Shown one piece after another: positions 19,229 to 29,651 of a stretch of DNA of 64,000 bases. Within the stretch, counting starts at the first letter, position 1. Every line of letters begins with the position of its first letter. Position numbers and translations under genes: made by a program. The stretch covers positions 1,024,001 through 1,088,000 of the forward strand of contig OZ219790.1 of the NCBI GenBank assembly GCA_964291215.2, given 5' to 3'. The notes beneath the pieces are model-generated. The model searched no databases. It was not told where the DNA came from and worked only from the letters and a program-made list of their open reading frames with translations. Source of the stretch: Alphaproteobacteria bacterium. Its GTDB lineage: Bacteria > Pseudomonadota > Alphaproteobacteria > MPNO01 > UBA830.

Positions 19229-19262
19229 CGCCCGGGACGGCCTCACGCCGTCGTCCCGGGCG
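19229..19262. repeat. GC-rich stem-loop between rubrerythrin and the Fe-S oxidoreductase
   Basis: CGCCCGGGACGGC-CTCAC-GCCGTCGTCCCGGGCG, bulged hairpin without a U-tract. Confidence 0.6.
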
Positions 19263-19304
19263 AGTGTCGCACCGCAGATCTGCCCGGCGCGGTCCCGGAC
19301 GCGA

Positions 19305-19724
19305 TCAGTCAAGCTCATTCAGAGCCTTCTGGAAGCGGCCCGCATGCGACCGCTCGGCCTTTGCCAGTGTCTCGAACCAGTCGGCGATCTCGTCGAAATT
19401 CTCGTCACGGGCTTCCTTCGCCATGCTGGGGTACATGTCGGTGTATTCGTGCGTTTCCCCCGCTACCGCCGCCTTCAGATTGTCCGAGGTAGTCCCGATC
19501 GGCTCGCCCGTTGCCGGGTCGCCCACCTCCTCGAGATACTCGAGATGGCCGTGCGCATGCCCGGTCTCGCCTTCGGCGGTCGAGCGGAAGACGGCGGCAA
19601 CATCGTTGTAACCCTCGACATCCGCTTTCTGGGCAAAGTAGAGATAGCGGCGGTTTGCTTGGGATTCCCCAGCAAACGCATCCTTCAGGTTCTGTTCCGT
19701 CTTGGTTCCGGCGAGTGATGCCAT
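19305..19724 (-). CDS. rbr: rubrerythrin, short form without rubredoxin domain
   Basis: [43 protein letters not shown] diiron motifs; RBS AAGGAGG. Confidence 0.95.
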   Translation of the reverse strand: MASLAGTKTEQNLKDAFAGESQANRRYLYFAQKADVEGYNDVAAVFRSTAEGETGHAHGHLEYLEEVGDPATGEPIGTTSDNLKAAVAGETHEYTDMYPSMAKEARDENFDEIADWFETLAKAERSHAGRFQKALNELD

Positions 19725-19804
19725 GTTGGCCTCCTTGTTGTTAGTGTGATGCGGAACCGCAGCCACAAGAGCGCTGTCAGCGATGGGAGCGGTCGGTAGC
19801 CCGC

Positions 19805-19833
19805 AGTATAGGCTTCACGCCGGTTTCCGTCAA
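19805..19833 (-). promoter_or_regulatory. sigma70 promoter of the rbr operon
   Basis: TTGACG-17-TATACT on the minus strand. Confidence 0.7.
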
Positions 19834-19836
19834 TAG

Positions 19837-19853
19837 TTTAGAACTGTTCCAGA
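19837..19853. promoter_or_regulatory. Irr-binding iron control element (ICE)-like box
   Basis: TTTAGAA-CTG-TTCCAGA versus consensus TTTAGAA-N3-TTCTAAA; 3 bp upstream of the rbr -35 box; irr gene adjacent. Confidence 0.75.
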
Positions 19854-19908
19854 TTATTTTCTCTGCGTCGGGGCAACGCAAACGCCAGCGTCTGCCGGCG
19901 CGGCGGCC

Positions 19909-20349
19909 TCAGTGCGACCTGTCGGGCCGGGCAACCCGCACGATGACATCGACCCTTTGCATCTCCGTGCCCGGCGGCACCTGCGGAAGCTCGGCGAGGC
20001 TCACTTCATGGGCAGGAATGTCCTCGAGCCTGCGCGTGTCCTCGTGAAAGAAATGATGATGGTAATCCGTGTTGGTGTCAAAATAGGAGCGGCCGGCTTC
20101 GACCACGACCGCCTGCAGCAATCCCGATTCGGTGAACTGATTCAGAGTGTTGTAGATCGTGGCAAGCGAGATGTCAATGCCAACCTTCTGCGCCTCGCCG
20201 TGCAGCTCTTCGGCAGTGACATGACGGTCGCATCCGTCAAGCAACAGCCGGGCAAGCGCGATGCGCTGCTGCGTCGGACGCAGACCAGCCTTCCTCAGGG
20301 TCGCGGTCGCCCTGAAGACCCCCTCAGCATCTGGGAACGGCGTCACCAT
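19909..20349 (-). CDS. irr: iron response regulator Irr (Fur family)
   Basis: GLRPTQQRIALARLL, RHVTAEELH, SLATIYNTLNQF, YFDTN...HHHFF; start re-called at 20349. Confidence 0.9.
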   Translation of the reverse strand: MVTPFPDAEGVFRATATLRKAGLRPTQQRIALARLLLDGCDRHVTAEELHGEAQKVGIDISLATIYNTLNQFTESGLLQAVVVEAGRSYFDTNTDYHHHFFHEDTRRLEDIPAHEVSLAELPQVPPGTEMQRVDVIVRVARPDRSH

Positions 20350-20596
20350 GATCTGACGATAATGCGAATTGGAATGATTTTCAAATGCTGCAGGCTCCGG
20401 ATGCTGCCGACGCTCTGGACGGATCGCCGGTGATGGTGTTCGACAGAGCGGAATTCGATGCTCTCTGGCAATCCGCCACCCCGCACGCCTGTCGACAACA
20501 GGGCGCACTGCAAACAGACGCCAATGGCGCCAATATCTGCGTGAAGGAGAGTTCGCGTCCGCGCCGCAAGCCACCGGCACGAGAGTCGCAGGAAAT

Positions 20597-21994
20597 TCAG
20601 TCGCCGGTATGCAACCGCTCAATCAGCTGCCTGACCGTGGGCACAAAACCGTTGGAATAAAACGGATCTTCACGGAACCGGAAAGCGTTGTGTCCGGCAA
20701 ACATCAACTGATGTTCGATATCGCCGTCATGGGCGATGTCCTGAAGCGTCTTCTGGATGCAGTAGGATCTGGGATCGGGGCGGCGCCCTGTCGTGCCGCG
20801 CTCATCCTGCGCCCAGTTCGAAAAGCCGCACTGCGACAGGCACCCCATGCAGTTGGACTGGTCGGCGCGAATCTCGCGCCCCTTCTCGGGCGACACAAAG
20901 ACAACCGTCGAATCGGGAGTTCTCATCCCGTCCGTAAACCCCTCCGCGACCCAGCACAGCGCCCTCTCCCGGTCCGCCGCAGTCACGAAGATCTTGCGCC
21001 CGCGGGCACCGGTCAGGAGTTCCGCGTTCAGTTCTCCCACCGGCTGTTCGGCATAGGCGATCTGGCGCACTGACCTTTCCCGCAGTTCCTCGAGGAAGGC
21101 GTTGCGCACCGCTGACGAATAGAATCCGGTCGGGCTGTAGCGGTTGAGGAAGACATCGCCTTGCTTGAGATCAAGAAGGCGCTGCTTCCATTGCGAGGAG
21201 ATCGGGCTTTCCTGGGTTAGCAGCGGCCGCGTTCCGAACTGGAACGCCGTCGGCCCGATATCGGGATCATCGATCCAGTCTTCCCACTCCCGCAGATACC
21301 ATACGCCACCCGCCATGAAGATCGGAATTTCGCCAAGCGACATCTCCTTCATCATCCTGCGAAGCTCAACCACCCGCGGCCGCGGATCCTCGGGCTCTTC
21401 CGGATTCTCGCTGTTGGACAGGCCGTTATGGCCGCCAGCGCGCCACGGATCCTCGTAGACGACGCCGCCAAGCCAGTCCGAAAACCGGTGGTAGGCGCGT
21501 TTCCACAACGCCCGAAACGCCCGTGCCGACGACACAATCGGATAATAGTGCACACCGTACTGGGCCGCGATCTGTGCTATCCGGTAGGGCATCCCGGCGC
21601 CGCAGGTCACCCCGTCGATGAGGCCGCGCGCCCCCGCGAGAACGCCGTGCAGGACGCGTTCGGCGCCCGCCATCTCCCACAGGATGTTCATGTGTATGCG
21701 TCCCCGCCCGCCCGCTACCTCGTGGGCGATACGAGCCTGGGCGATGCCGCCGCGGATGGCGTAGGCCAGCAGCTCTTCATGACGGTCGCGCCGAGTTCGC
21801 CCCTGATAGATCACGGGAATGAGGCAGCCGTTCTGGTCGTAGGCGTCGGCATTGACGCCGGAAAAGGTGCCGATACCACCGGTTGCCGCCCAAGCGCCGG
21901 AACTCTCGCCGTTCGACACAGCGATGCCCTTCCCGCCCTCAACAAGCGGGCTGACTTCCTTTCCAGAAATAAAGAGAGGCTTGAGCTGTTTCAG
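20597..21994 (-). CDS. nitronate monooxygenase-family flavin oxidoreductase
   Basis: PLVEGGKG, GVTCGAGMPY, YEDPWRAGGHNGLS, FQFGTRPL, CMGCLSQC; start uncertain (CTG at 21994 behind GGAGA, or GTG at 22102). Confidence 0.85.
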   Translation of the reverse strand: MKQLKPLFISGKEVSPLVEGGKGIAVSNGESSGAWAATGGIGTFSGVNADAYDQNGCLIPVIYQGRTRRDRHEELLAYAIRGGIAQARIAHEVAGGRGRIHMNILWEMAGAERVLHGVLAGARGLIDGVTCGAGMPYRIAQIAAQYGVHYYPIVSSARAFRALWKRAYHRFSDWLGGVVYEDPWRAGGHNGLSNSENPEEPEDPRPRVVELRRMMKEMSLGEIPIFMAGGVWYLREWEDWIDDPDIGPTAFQFGTRPLLTQESPISSQWKQRLLDLKQGDVFLNRYSPTGFYSSAVRNAFLEELRERSVRQIAYAEQPVGELNAELLTGARGRKIFVTAADRERALCWVAEGFTDGMRTPDSTVVFVSPEKGREIRADQSNCMGCLSQCGFSNWAQDERGTTGRRPDPRSYCIQKTLQDIAHDGDIEHQLMFAGHNAFRFREDPFYSNGFVPTVRQLIERLHTGD

Positions 21995-22099
21995 GGCCAG
22001 TCTCCAGATTGCGGCCGATGCGCGCCCGGAATGACCGCACCCGGCCGCCGCAAACCTACCACATGAAGTGCTGCCGCAACAGCAGGACCAGACGGTAAC

Positions 22100-22291
22100 C
22101 ACGACGATCCCATGCTGCTAATCCAGCGGCGACCGGCGAGATTTTTCGGTCTGCGTCGCGCTGCAATCGTGCCGCCAAGGCTCAATGAGACCTTTTCGGC
22201 GCGAAAAATTGCGATCAAGGGGCGATCTGTGATGACGCGAGCCCCAACGCACTCGGATTTCGCGTCTCGGAATCAGCATGGGATCACCGTG
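22100..22291 (-). mobile_element. MITE copy 2 (192 bp), inverted relative to copy 1
   Basis: TIR CACGACGATCCCATGCTG...CAGCATGGGATCACCGTG (16/18 match); 9-bp direct repeat GACGGTAAC at 22091-22099 and 22292-22300. Confidence 0.92.
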
Positions 22292-22328
22292 GACGGTAAC
22301 CCAGCGCCGACCCCAGCCTCTGGCGGAA

Positions 22329-24473
22329 TCAGGATGCTGCCTGGACCTCGGCCGTGCCCGCCTTCCTGCCTCCGATCTCGGCGCCGGTCTTCTGGTCCAC
22401 GACCCGCATCGAAAGCCGCACCTTGCCGCGGTCGTCAATCGCGAGAACCTTGACCTTGACCTCATCGCCCTCGTTCACAACGTCAGTGACCTTGCCGACA
22501 CGACGGTTCTCGAGTTCCGAGATGTGAACGAGGCCGTCACGGTTACCCATGAAATTGACGAAGGCCCCGAAATCCACCACCTTGACGACCTTGCCGGAAT
22601 AGATCACGCCTACCTCCGGCTCGGCGACGATTGACCGTATCCACTCCACGGCAGCCTCGCTGGCGGTGCCGTCCGCCGAGGCAACCTTCACCGTGCCGTC
22701 ATCCTCGATATCGATCTTGGCGCCCGTCTGTTCGCAGATCTCGCGGATGACCTTGCCGCCGGTGCCAATGACGTCGCGGATCTTGTCCGTTGGTATGTGG
22801 AGGGTTGTGATGCGGGGTGCGAACTCGCTGAGGTCGCCACGCGACTTCGCGATGGCGCGGGCCATCTCGCCAAGGATATGCATGCGGCCCTGATTTGCCT
22901 GTTCCAGCGCGGTGGCCATGATTTCCTCAGTGATGCCGGTGATCTTGATGTCCATCTGGAGCGCCGTTACGCCACGCTCGGTACCGGCAACCTTGAAATC
23001 CATGTCTCCCAGGTGATCCTCGTCGCCGAGAATGTCGGAAAGCACCGCGAAACGGTCATTTTCCTTGATCAGGCCCATGGCGATTCCGGCGCAGGCCCGC
23101 CGCAGCGGCACGCCAGCATCCATCAGCGACAACGACGAACCGCAGACGGTCGCCATCGAAGACGACCCGTTCGACTCCGTGATCTCGGAGACCACCCGAA
23201 TCGTATAGGGAAAATCATCCTTCTGCGGCAGCAGCGGCCGGATCGCGCGCCATGCGAGTTTGCCATGGCCGATCTCGCGGCGGCCGGGGGCGCGCAGAAA
23301 GCTGGCTTCGCCAACCGAAAAGGGTGGAAAGTTGTAGTGCAGCAGGAAGTGTTCGCGATACTCGCCGTCGAGCGCATCGATAATCTGCTCGTCCTGGCCG
23401 GTGCCCAGCGTGGCAGTCACGATGGCCTGGGTCTCGCCGCGGGTGAACAGGGCCGACCCGTGGGCACGGGGCAGGATGCCAACTTCGGTCTCGATCGGGC
23501 GCACCTTATCGAGCGCCCGGTTGTCGATCCTCTGGCCAGTGTCGAGAATGGCGTTGCGAACGATTTCCTTCTCCACCGTCTTCACCATGCCGGCAGCACG
23601 TTCGAGGACTGCCGGTTCATCGTCGGCGAAGGCGGTGAGCGCAGCTGCCTTGGCCGCGATCACCTTCTCGACACGGCTTTGCTTGACGGTTTCCCGATAG
23701 GCCTCGCGCAGCGGTCCCTCCGCGGCCTCGCGCACGCGGGACAGGAGTTCGGCCTCATCGGCAGGCGCATTACTGAGTTCCCACGGATCCTTCGCACATT
23801 CCTCGGCAAGACCGATAATCATGTCGATCACCGGCTGGAATTCGCGATGGGCAAACATCACGGCGCCGAGCATTACCTCCTCGGACAGTTCCCGAGCTTC
23901 CGATTCGACCATGTTGACGGCATCAGCGGTGCCGGCCACCACCATGTCGAGTTGGCTCCGCTCGAGCTGGTCGGGCAGCGGGTTGAGGACATAGGCACCG
24001 TCGACATAGCCGACGCGGGCGCCGCCGATCGGCCCAAGGAACGGAAGTCCCGAGATCGTCAGCGCCGCGGAAGCGCCGACCAGTGATACAACATCAGGAT
24101 CGTTCTCGAAGTCATGCGCAAGCACGGTACAGATGACCTGGGTCTCGTTGCGGAATCCGTCGGCAAAGAGCGGCCGTATCGGGCGGTCGATCAGGCGCGA
24201 GGTCAGCGTCTCCTTCTCCGACGGACGCCCTTCCCGCTTGAAGAAGCCGCCCGGGATCCGGCCTGCCGCGAACGCCTTTTCCTGGTAGTTGACCGTGAGC
24301 GGAAAAAAATCGATTCCGGACCGCGGGCTCTTCTGCGCCACGGCCGTGCACAACACCGTGGTGCCGCCGTAACTCACCATCACGGCGCCATCAGCCTGAC
24401 GCGCGATCTTACCCGTCTCCATGGTAAGCGTGCACCCGCCCCATTCGATTTCCTTACGATGTACCGAAAACAT
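22329..24473 (-). CDS. pnp: polyribonucleotide nucleotidyltransferase
   Basis: [35 protein letters not shown]; KH and S1 domains. Confidence 0.99.
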   Translation of the reverse strand: MFSVHRKEIEWGGCTLTMETGKIARQADGAVMVSYGGTTVLCTAVAQKSPRSGIDFFPLTVNYQEKAFAAGRIPGGFFKREGRPSEKETLTSRLIDRPIRPLFADGFRNETQVICTVLAHDFENDPDVVSLVGASAALTISGLPFLGPIGGARVGYVDGAYVLNPLPDQLERSQLDMVVAGTADAVNMVESEARELSEEVMLGAVMFAHREFQPVIDMIIGLAEECAKDPWELSNAPADEAELLSRVREAAEGPLREAYRETVKQSRVEKVIAAKAAALTAFADDEPAVLERAAGMVKTVEKEIVRNAILDTGQRIDNRALDKVRPIETEVGILPRAHGSALFTRGETQAIVTATLGTGQDEQIIDALDGEYREHFLLHYNFPPFSVGEASFLRAPGRREIGHGKLAWRAIRPLLPQKDDFPYTIRVVSEITESNGSSSMATVCGSSLSLMDAGVPLRRACAGIAMGLIKENDRFAVLSDILGDEDHLGDMDFKVAGTERGVTALQMDIKITGITEEIMATALEQANQGRMHILGEMARAIAKSRGDLSEFAPRITTLHIPTDKIRDVIGTGGKVIREICEQTGAKIDIEDDGTVKVASADGTASEAAVEWIRSIVAEPEVGVIYSGKVVKVVDFGAFVNFMGNRDGLVHISELENRRVGKVTDVVNEGDEVKVKVLAIDDRGKVRLSMRVVDQKTGAEIGGRKAGTAEVQAAS

Positions 24474-24662
24474 GTCTTCCGTCCTTCCTGCGGTCCGCCA
24501 CCCACCGTGGCCGGACCGGACCTCACGCCGCCCTAGGAAGCGCCGCCGCCGGGTCTTCTGTCCCAGGCGGGCTTTGCGCAGCCACCATGGCTGCTTGTTC
24601 CGTAACGCACGCCGCCGGCTCTCGCCGGCCAGGGCCGAACGCCAGGCAAGGATTGTTCGTGG

Positions 24663-24932
24663 TCAGCGTCTGAGACCCAGACGCTGGATAAGCGCCCGGT
24701 AGCGCTCTTCGTCCTTGCGCTTGAGATAATCCAGCAGGCGGCGGCGGCGGCCAACCATCATCAGCAGCCCCCGGCGCGAATGGAAATCCTTCTTGTGTGC
24801 GTTCATGTGCCCGGTGAGGTTGCGGATGCGTTCCGACAGGACCGCAACCTGCACCTCGGGAGATCCGGTATCCTCGTCCCCCGTTGCATATTCCCTGATT
24901 AGTTCCGTCTTTCGCTCAGCCGTGATCGACAT
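24663..24932 (-). CDS. rpsO: 30S ribosomal protein S15
   Basis: MSITAERK...[10 protein letters not shown]...[11 protein letters not shown]...LGLRR, 89 aa. Confidence 0.98.
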   Translation of the reverse strand: MSITAERKTELIREYATGDEDTGSPEVQVAVLSERIRNLTGHMNAHKKDFHSRRGLLMMVGRRRRLLDYLKRKDEERYRALIQRLGLRR

Positions 24933-24963
24933 CATACACCCCGTTGCATGCACATACCGTGCT

Positions 24964-25902
24964 TTACAGATTGAAGACCCTGAAAGGCCGGATTTCCCGC
25001 TCGACACGGCGAGCCAGCGCGACCGGGATATTTCCCGGACCCACGCACAGAAACACCCCTTCGTGACGCTCCGCGCGATTGCCGATACCACCTTCGTCGG
25101 AACAATCCTGCGATGCCGGTATCGCGTTGCCGTTGCGCACACATACCGTCTCTGCCTCCGTCAGCATCAGCGCCGGGATGTCGTCCAGCGCCGCTACGAT
25201 AGGAAGCAGATATTCGCTTCGCCGTTCAGTATACACCGTGGCAGCAATCTTTTCCAGCCGAATCGCATCTTTTTCACGGAACGGTCCAACCGCGGTCCGG
25301 CGCAGCCGGCTGACATGGGCGCAGGTCTCCAGTCGCGCCGCCAGATCGCGCACAAGGCTGCGCACATAGGTGCCAGGACCGCAGACAAGCTCGAAGACCG
25401 CATGATCGTCGTCCGGGCGATCGACAAGTTCGAACCGGTGGACCTGGACCTGTCGCTCCGTCAACTCCACGCTTTCGCCCGCGCGCGCGCGGGCGTAGGA
25501 CCGTTGGCCGTCGATGTTGATCGCCGAATAGAGCGGCGGCCGCTGGAGGATCGTACCGCAGAACTCCGGCAGCGCGGACCTGGTCACCGCCTCGCCGGGA
25601 CGCGCGTCGCTGGTTGCAACGATGCGGCCTTCGGCATCATCGGTATCGCGCCCGACGCCGAAGCGCGCCGTGAAACGGTATGACTTCCTGCAGTTCACCA
25701 GACAGGAGACCACCTTGGTGGCCTCGCCAAACGCGACCGGAAGCACGCCGGACGCCAGCGGATCCAAGGTTCCGGCATGTCCTGCCTTTCGGGCGCCAAA
25801 AAGGCTGCGAATCCGGTGGACCGCCGCCGCCGATGTCGGCCCCTCATCCTTGTCCATCACGACCCAGCCATGGACGGGATCGCCCTTGCGTCTACGGGTC
25901 AT
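24964..25902 (-). CDS. truB: tRNA pseudouridine(55) synthase
   Basis: [29 protein letters not shown]; start re-called at 25902. Confidence 0.96.
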   Translation of the reverse strand: MTRRRKGDPVHGWVVMDKDEGPTSAAAVHRIRSLFGARKAGHAGTLDPLASGVLPVAFGEATKVVSCLVNCRKSYRFTARFGVGRDTDDAEGRIVATSDARPGEAVTRSALPEFCGTILQRPPLYSAINIDGQRSYARARAGESVELTERQVQVHRFELVDRPDDDHAVFELVCGPGTYVRSLVRDLAARLETCAHVSRLRRTAVGPFREKDAIRLEKIAATVYTERRSEYLLPIVAALDDIPALMLTEAETVCVRNGNAIPASQDCSDEGGIGNRAERHEGVFLCVGPGNIPVALARRVEREIRPFRVFNL

Positions 25903-26344
25903 CTCGCGGAATTGCCTGCTTCTCCGTTGCCTCGTCCGAAGACGGCCGGAGGTCCGCCGCGACCGCAGGCGTTCGCAGCAGTTCGGCGATGCGGTCGGCG
26001 GCATCGAACCGGGAATCGAGCGCAAAGGACAGTTCGGGCAGCCGTTTCAACGTCACGATGCCGCCGATACGGCGGCGGAAGAACGGTGCCGCCCGGTGCA
26101 GGCTGTCAAGCACCTCTTCGGCATTGCTACCGCCGAGCGGCATGACGTATGCGGTCGCGTTACCCAGATCTGGGCTTATCGATACCTCGGTGACCGTGAT
26201 CGGGACGCCCACAAGCTGCGGGTCCCGAGCCTCACCGCGCTCGAGCAGGTTTGCGAGCGCGTGCCGGATCACCTCGCCGACGCGGAGTTGGCGCTGTCTC
26301 GGTTCGACCGCAGCGCGGCCGGAACGCGTGTTTTCGGATCGCAT
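25892..26344 (-). CDS. rbfA: 30S ribosome-binding factor A
   Basis: QRQLRVGEVIRH, ITVTEVSISPDL, PELSF; lies after infB. Confidence 0.95.
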   Translation of the reverse strand: MRSENTRSGRAAVEPRQRQLRVGEVIRHALANLLERGEARDPQLVGVPITVTEVSISPDLGNATAYVMPLGGSNAEEVLDSLHRAAPFFRRRIGGIVTLKRLPELSFALDSRFDAADRIAELLRTPAVAADLRPSSDEATEKQAIPRDDP

Positions 26345-26414
26345 GTCATTTCCGCCGTCTCGAGAGGAGCCACCCGGCAACTGCCAAGCGCGTCATCTCA
26401 TTCCTTCACCGGCC

Positions 26415-29003
26415 CTAGAGCGTGCGGGCGATTTCCTCGATGTCGAAACACTCGATGACGTCGCCCTGGCGAATATCCTGATAGTTCTCGAACGCCATCC
26501 CGCATTCGAAGCCCCGGGTGACTTCGCGGACCTCGTCCTTGAAACGCTTGAGCGTTGAAAGCCGGCCCTCGTGGATCACCATGTCGTCGCGCAGCAGCCG
26601 CACCCGGGCGCCGCGCCGCACCACCCCGTCGGTCACCTCGCAGCCGGCAACCCGACCGACCTTGGAGATGTTGAAGATCTCCTTGATGGCCGCGTTGCCA
26701 AGGAACGTCTCGCGCCGCTGCGGCGACAGCATGCCAGTCAGAATCTGCTTCATGTGATCGATCAGATCAAAAATGATCGAGAAATACTGTATCTCGACCC
26801 CGTCTTTGGCGGCCATCGCCTTGGCCTGCGCGTTGGCCCGCACGTTGAAGCCCATGAGCAGCGCGTTCGACGCCTTTGCCAGCGTCACGTCCGATTCGCT
26901 GATGGCACCGACACCGGTGTGGATGACCCGAATCGAGACTTCTTCGTTACCCTGTTTCTGGAGACTCTGTGAAATCGCCTGGAGTGATCCCTGCACATCG
27001 CCCTTGACGATCACGGAGACCTCCTCGACCTTGCCGCTCTGAATCTGGCTGAAGATCTCGTCGATCGTGCCCCGCACGCCGGCGCGGAATCGCACGTCGC
27101 GATCGCGGCGCTGCCGGAATTCGGTGATTTCCCGCGCCCGCATCTCGGATTCGACGACTGTGAATTCGTCGCCGACATCCGGGGCCCCGTTCAGCCCGAG
27201 GATCTCGACCGCGGCCGACGGGCCTGCCGTCTTGACGCGCCGACCGGCATCATCGACGAGAGCGCGCACCTTTCCCCATTCTCCGCCGGCGACCACAATA
27301 TCGCCGACGCCGAGTGTGCCGCGCTGGACGAGGACCGTCGCGACCGCACCACGGCCGATATCCAGGCTGCCCTCGATGACCGCGCCGGTGGCTGAACGGT
27401 CCGGGTTGGCCCTGAGCTCCAGAGTTTCGGCAAGCAGCAATATCGCTTCTTCGAGCTTGTCGAGGTTGATCTTCTCGGTGGCCGAGATCTCGATGTCCTG
27501 AACGTCGCCGCCAACGCTCTCGACGACCACGTCATGGGCCAGCAGCTCGTTCCTGACCCGGCGGGGATCAGCATTGGGCCGATCGATCTTGTTGATCGCA
27601 ACGATGATCTGCGCACCCGCCGCCTTGGCATGGCTGATGGCCTCCGCGGTCTGCGGCATGACGCCGTCGTCGGCAGCGACGACGATGATCACGATATCCG
27701 TGACATTCGCACCACGCGACCGCATCTCGGTGAACGCTTCATGGCCCGGCGTATCGACGAAGGTGATGCGGTTGCCGTCGGCAAGCTCGACCTGATAGGC
27801 GCCGATATGCTGCGTGATGCCGCCGGCCTCGCCGCTCACCACGTCAGTCTGACGCAAGGCGTCGAGGAGCGACGTCTTACCGTGATCGACATGCCCCATG
27901 ACGGTAACTACCGGGGCGCGTGGCCTGAGCTGCGTGTCGTCATCCACCTCGCCCTGCAGTCCGATTTCGACATCGGATTCGGCAACGCGTTTGGCGGTAT
28001 GGCCGAATTCCTCGACGATCAGCTCCGCCGTGTCGGCATCGATGGTCTGGGTTATCGTCGCCATGATGCCGTTGTTCATCAGCGCCTTGGTCACGTCTCC
28101 GGCGCGCTCGGCCATGCGGTTGGCAAGCTCCTGAACAGTGATCGTCTCGGGAATGGTCACCTCGCGGAAGACCTTGACGGCCTCCTTGTTCCTCGGTTCG
28201 GCGCGCTTCTCGCGTTCGCGCCGGCGGCGCAGCGAGGCCAGGCTTCGCTGGCGCTCGTCCTCGTTCAGGGCCTGCGAAATCGTCAGCTTGCCGCCGCGCC
28301 GCCGCGCACCGTTCCGACGCCCAGAGGTCTTGCGCGGCTCGACACGCTGGGGCGTCTCGCTGTCGGGCTTGGCCTTGCCCGGCGCCGGCTTGGCAGTGGA
28401 TGCTCGGGTCTTGGCCTGGGCCGTTTCGCCGACGGAAGCCGCCCGTGCCTCAAGGCGGGCTGCCTGCTCGGCGGCCTTCCGCGCAGCCTCCTCTTCCTGA
28501 CGGTGGCGTTCCTCCTCCTCGAGGCGCCGCCGCTCGGCCTCTTCCTTGCGGCGCTCCTCCTCAAGCTCCCGGCGCAGCCGTTCCTCGTCGAGGCGACGCG
28601 CCTCCAAGGCTTCCCGGCTGGCGCGGTCCTCCTCTATCCTGACTTCGGTCTGGCGCGCATCCTCCAGCGCTCGCATGCGGGCAGCGCGTTCCGTCTCGGT
28701 CAGCGTGCGCGCGAGCGCTTCCTCGGTCTTCGTTTCCTTTGCGGTCGTCTTGGCCTTGGTTTCATCGACAGAGAAGAGTTCTGCTGCCGGAGCCGTCCCC
28801 ACCTCGGCCATGGCACCGTCCTCGGACGGCTTGAATGTCCGCTTGCGCCGGACCTCGACCGCGACCATCTTGGTCCGTCCGTGAGAAAAGCTCTGGCGCA
28901 CCTGCCCGGCGTCGACCGTCTTGTTCAGCTCAAGCCGGCCCGGCTTCGAAAGCGTAAGCTTTCCGCGTTTCCTGCTGTCGGTCTTTTCACCTGTATCCGT
29001 CAT
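26415..29003 (-). CDS. infB: translation initiation factor IF-2
   Basis: [42 protein letters not shown]. Confidence 0.99.
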   Translation of the reverse strand: MTDTGEKTDSRKRGKLTLSKPGRLELNKTVDAGQVRQSFSHGRTKMVAVEVRRKRTFKPSEDGAMAEVGTAPAAELFSVDETKAKTTAKETKTEEALARTLTETERAARMRALEDARQTEVRIEEDRASREALEARRLDEERLRRELEEERRKEEAERRRLEEEERHRQEEEAARKAAEQAARLEARAASVGETAQAKTRASTAKPAPGKAKPDSETPQRVEPRKTSGRRNGARRRGGKLTISQALNEDERQRSLASLRRRREREKRAEPRNKEAVKVFREVTIPETITVQELANRMAERAGDVTKALMNNGIMATITQTIDADTAELIVEEFGHTAKRVAESDVEIGLQGEVDDDTQLRPRAPVVTVMGHVDHGKTSLLDALRQTDVVSGEAGGITQHIGAYQVELADGNRITFVDTPGHEAFTEMRSRGANVTDIVIIVVAADDGVMPQTAEAISHAKAAGAQIIVAINKIDRPNADPRRVRNELLAHDVVVESVGGDVQDIEISATEKINLDKLEEAILLLAETLELRANPDRSATGAVIEGSLDIGRGAVATVLVQRGTLGVGDIVVAGGEWGKVRALVDDAGRRVKTAGPSAAVEILGLNGAPDVGDEFTVVESEMRAREITEFRQRRDRDVRFRAGVRGTIDEIFSQIQSGKVEEVSVIVKGDVQGSLQAISQSLQKQGNEEVSIRVIHTGVGAISESDVTLAKASNALLMGFNVRANAQAKAMAAKDGVEIQYFSIIFDLIDHMKQILTGMLSPQRRETFLGNAAIKEIFNISKVGRVAGCEVTDGVVRRGARVRLLRDDMVIHEGRLSTLKRFKDEVREVTRGFECGMAFENYQDIRQGDVIECFDIEEIARTL

Positions 29004-29009
29004 TTTCCG

Positions 29010-29642
29010 TCAGCTTTCCTGCAATGCCCGCGAGCCCGCCGGGGCCGCTCCGGATCCACGCAAATCTTCCAGCCGCTCGACCTCGCGAACGAACCGGTCG
29101 CATACGCCGCCTGCTTCAATCGCACCATGCACCACCCGCTGCCGCCCGAAAGGTACACCCAACTGGATCGCCGTCCACAAGGCGACCACCCTGCCCGACC
29201 GGGCGCTTCGCAACAGTCTTTCTCGTCCGTCACGCGCGCCGTCCGACGCCTCAAGGAGGATCGCGGCCGATCCTCGCTCCACCATCGCCCGCACCTTCTC
29301 GTAGCCGGCGACAGCGGCTCCCGAACGGCGTGCCAGCCCGATGAGGGCCATGCACCGCTGATCGATCAGCCCGGGCAGTCGTTCCAGCAGATCCGCCGGC
29401 ACCCGCGCGTTGCGATGCGCCACCTTCGCGAAACTGTTCTCGGCACAGGCCTGCCCAAGTATATCCGCCCGCGCCGTAACCCACAATCCACGTCCGGGAA
29501 GACGTTCGGCAACATCCGGAACGACATCTCCGTCCGGCGAGATGACAAAACGTATCAGGCCGTTCCGCGAACCGACGCGGCGCGTCACGATGCAACGGCG
29601 CTGCGGCCCTTCGGCGGCGCCCGTGCCCGAGACTGTTCGCAT
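29010..29642 (-). CDS. YlxR/DUF448 RNA-binding protein fused to an L7Ae-like domain
   Basis: PQRRCIVTR, LIRFV, LPGRGLWV, GLARRSG; conserved position between nusA and infB. Confidence 0.88.
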   Translation of the reverse strand: MRTVSGTGAAEGPQRRCIVTRRVGSRNGLIRFVISPDGDVVPDVAERLPGRGLWVTARADILGQACAENSFAKVAHRNARVPADLLERLPGLIDQRCMALIGLARRSGAAVAGYEKVRAMVERGSAAILLEASDGARDGRERLLRSARSGRVVALWTAIQLGVPFGRQRVVHGAIEAGGVCDRFVREVERLEDLRGSGAAPAGSRALQES

Positions 29643-29651
29643 GGCCGCGTC

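Noticed and set aside
28440-28690. Repetitive Glu/Arg-rich coding stretch
   Set aside because: Normal charged coiled-coil linker of IF-2. The acidic run in CobT (about 58290-58510) is likewise a family feature.
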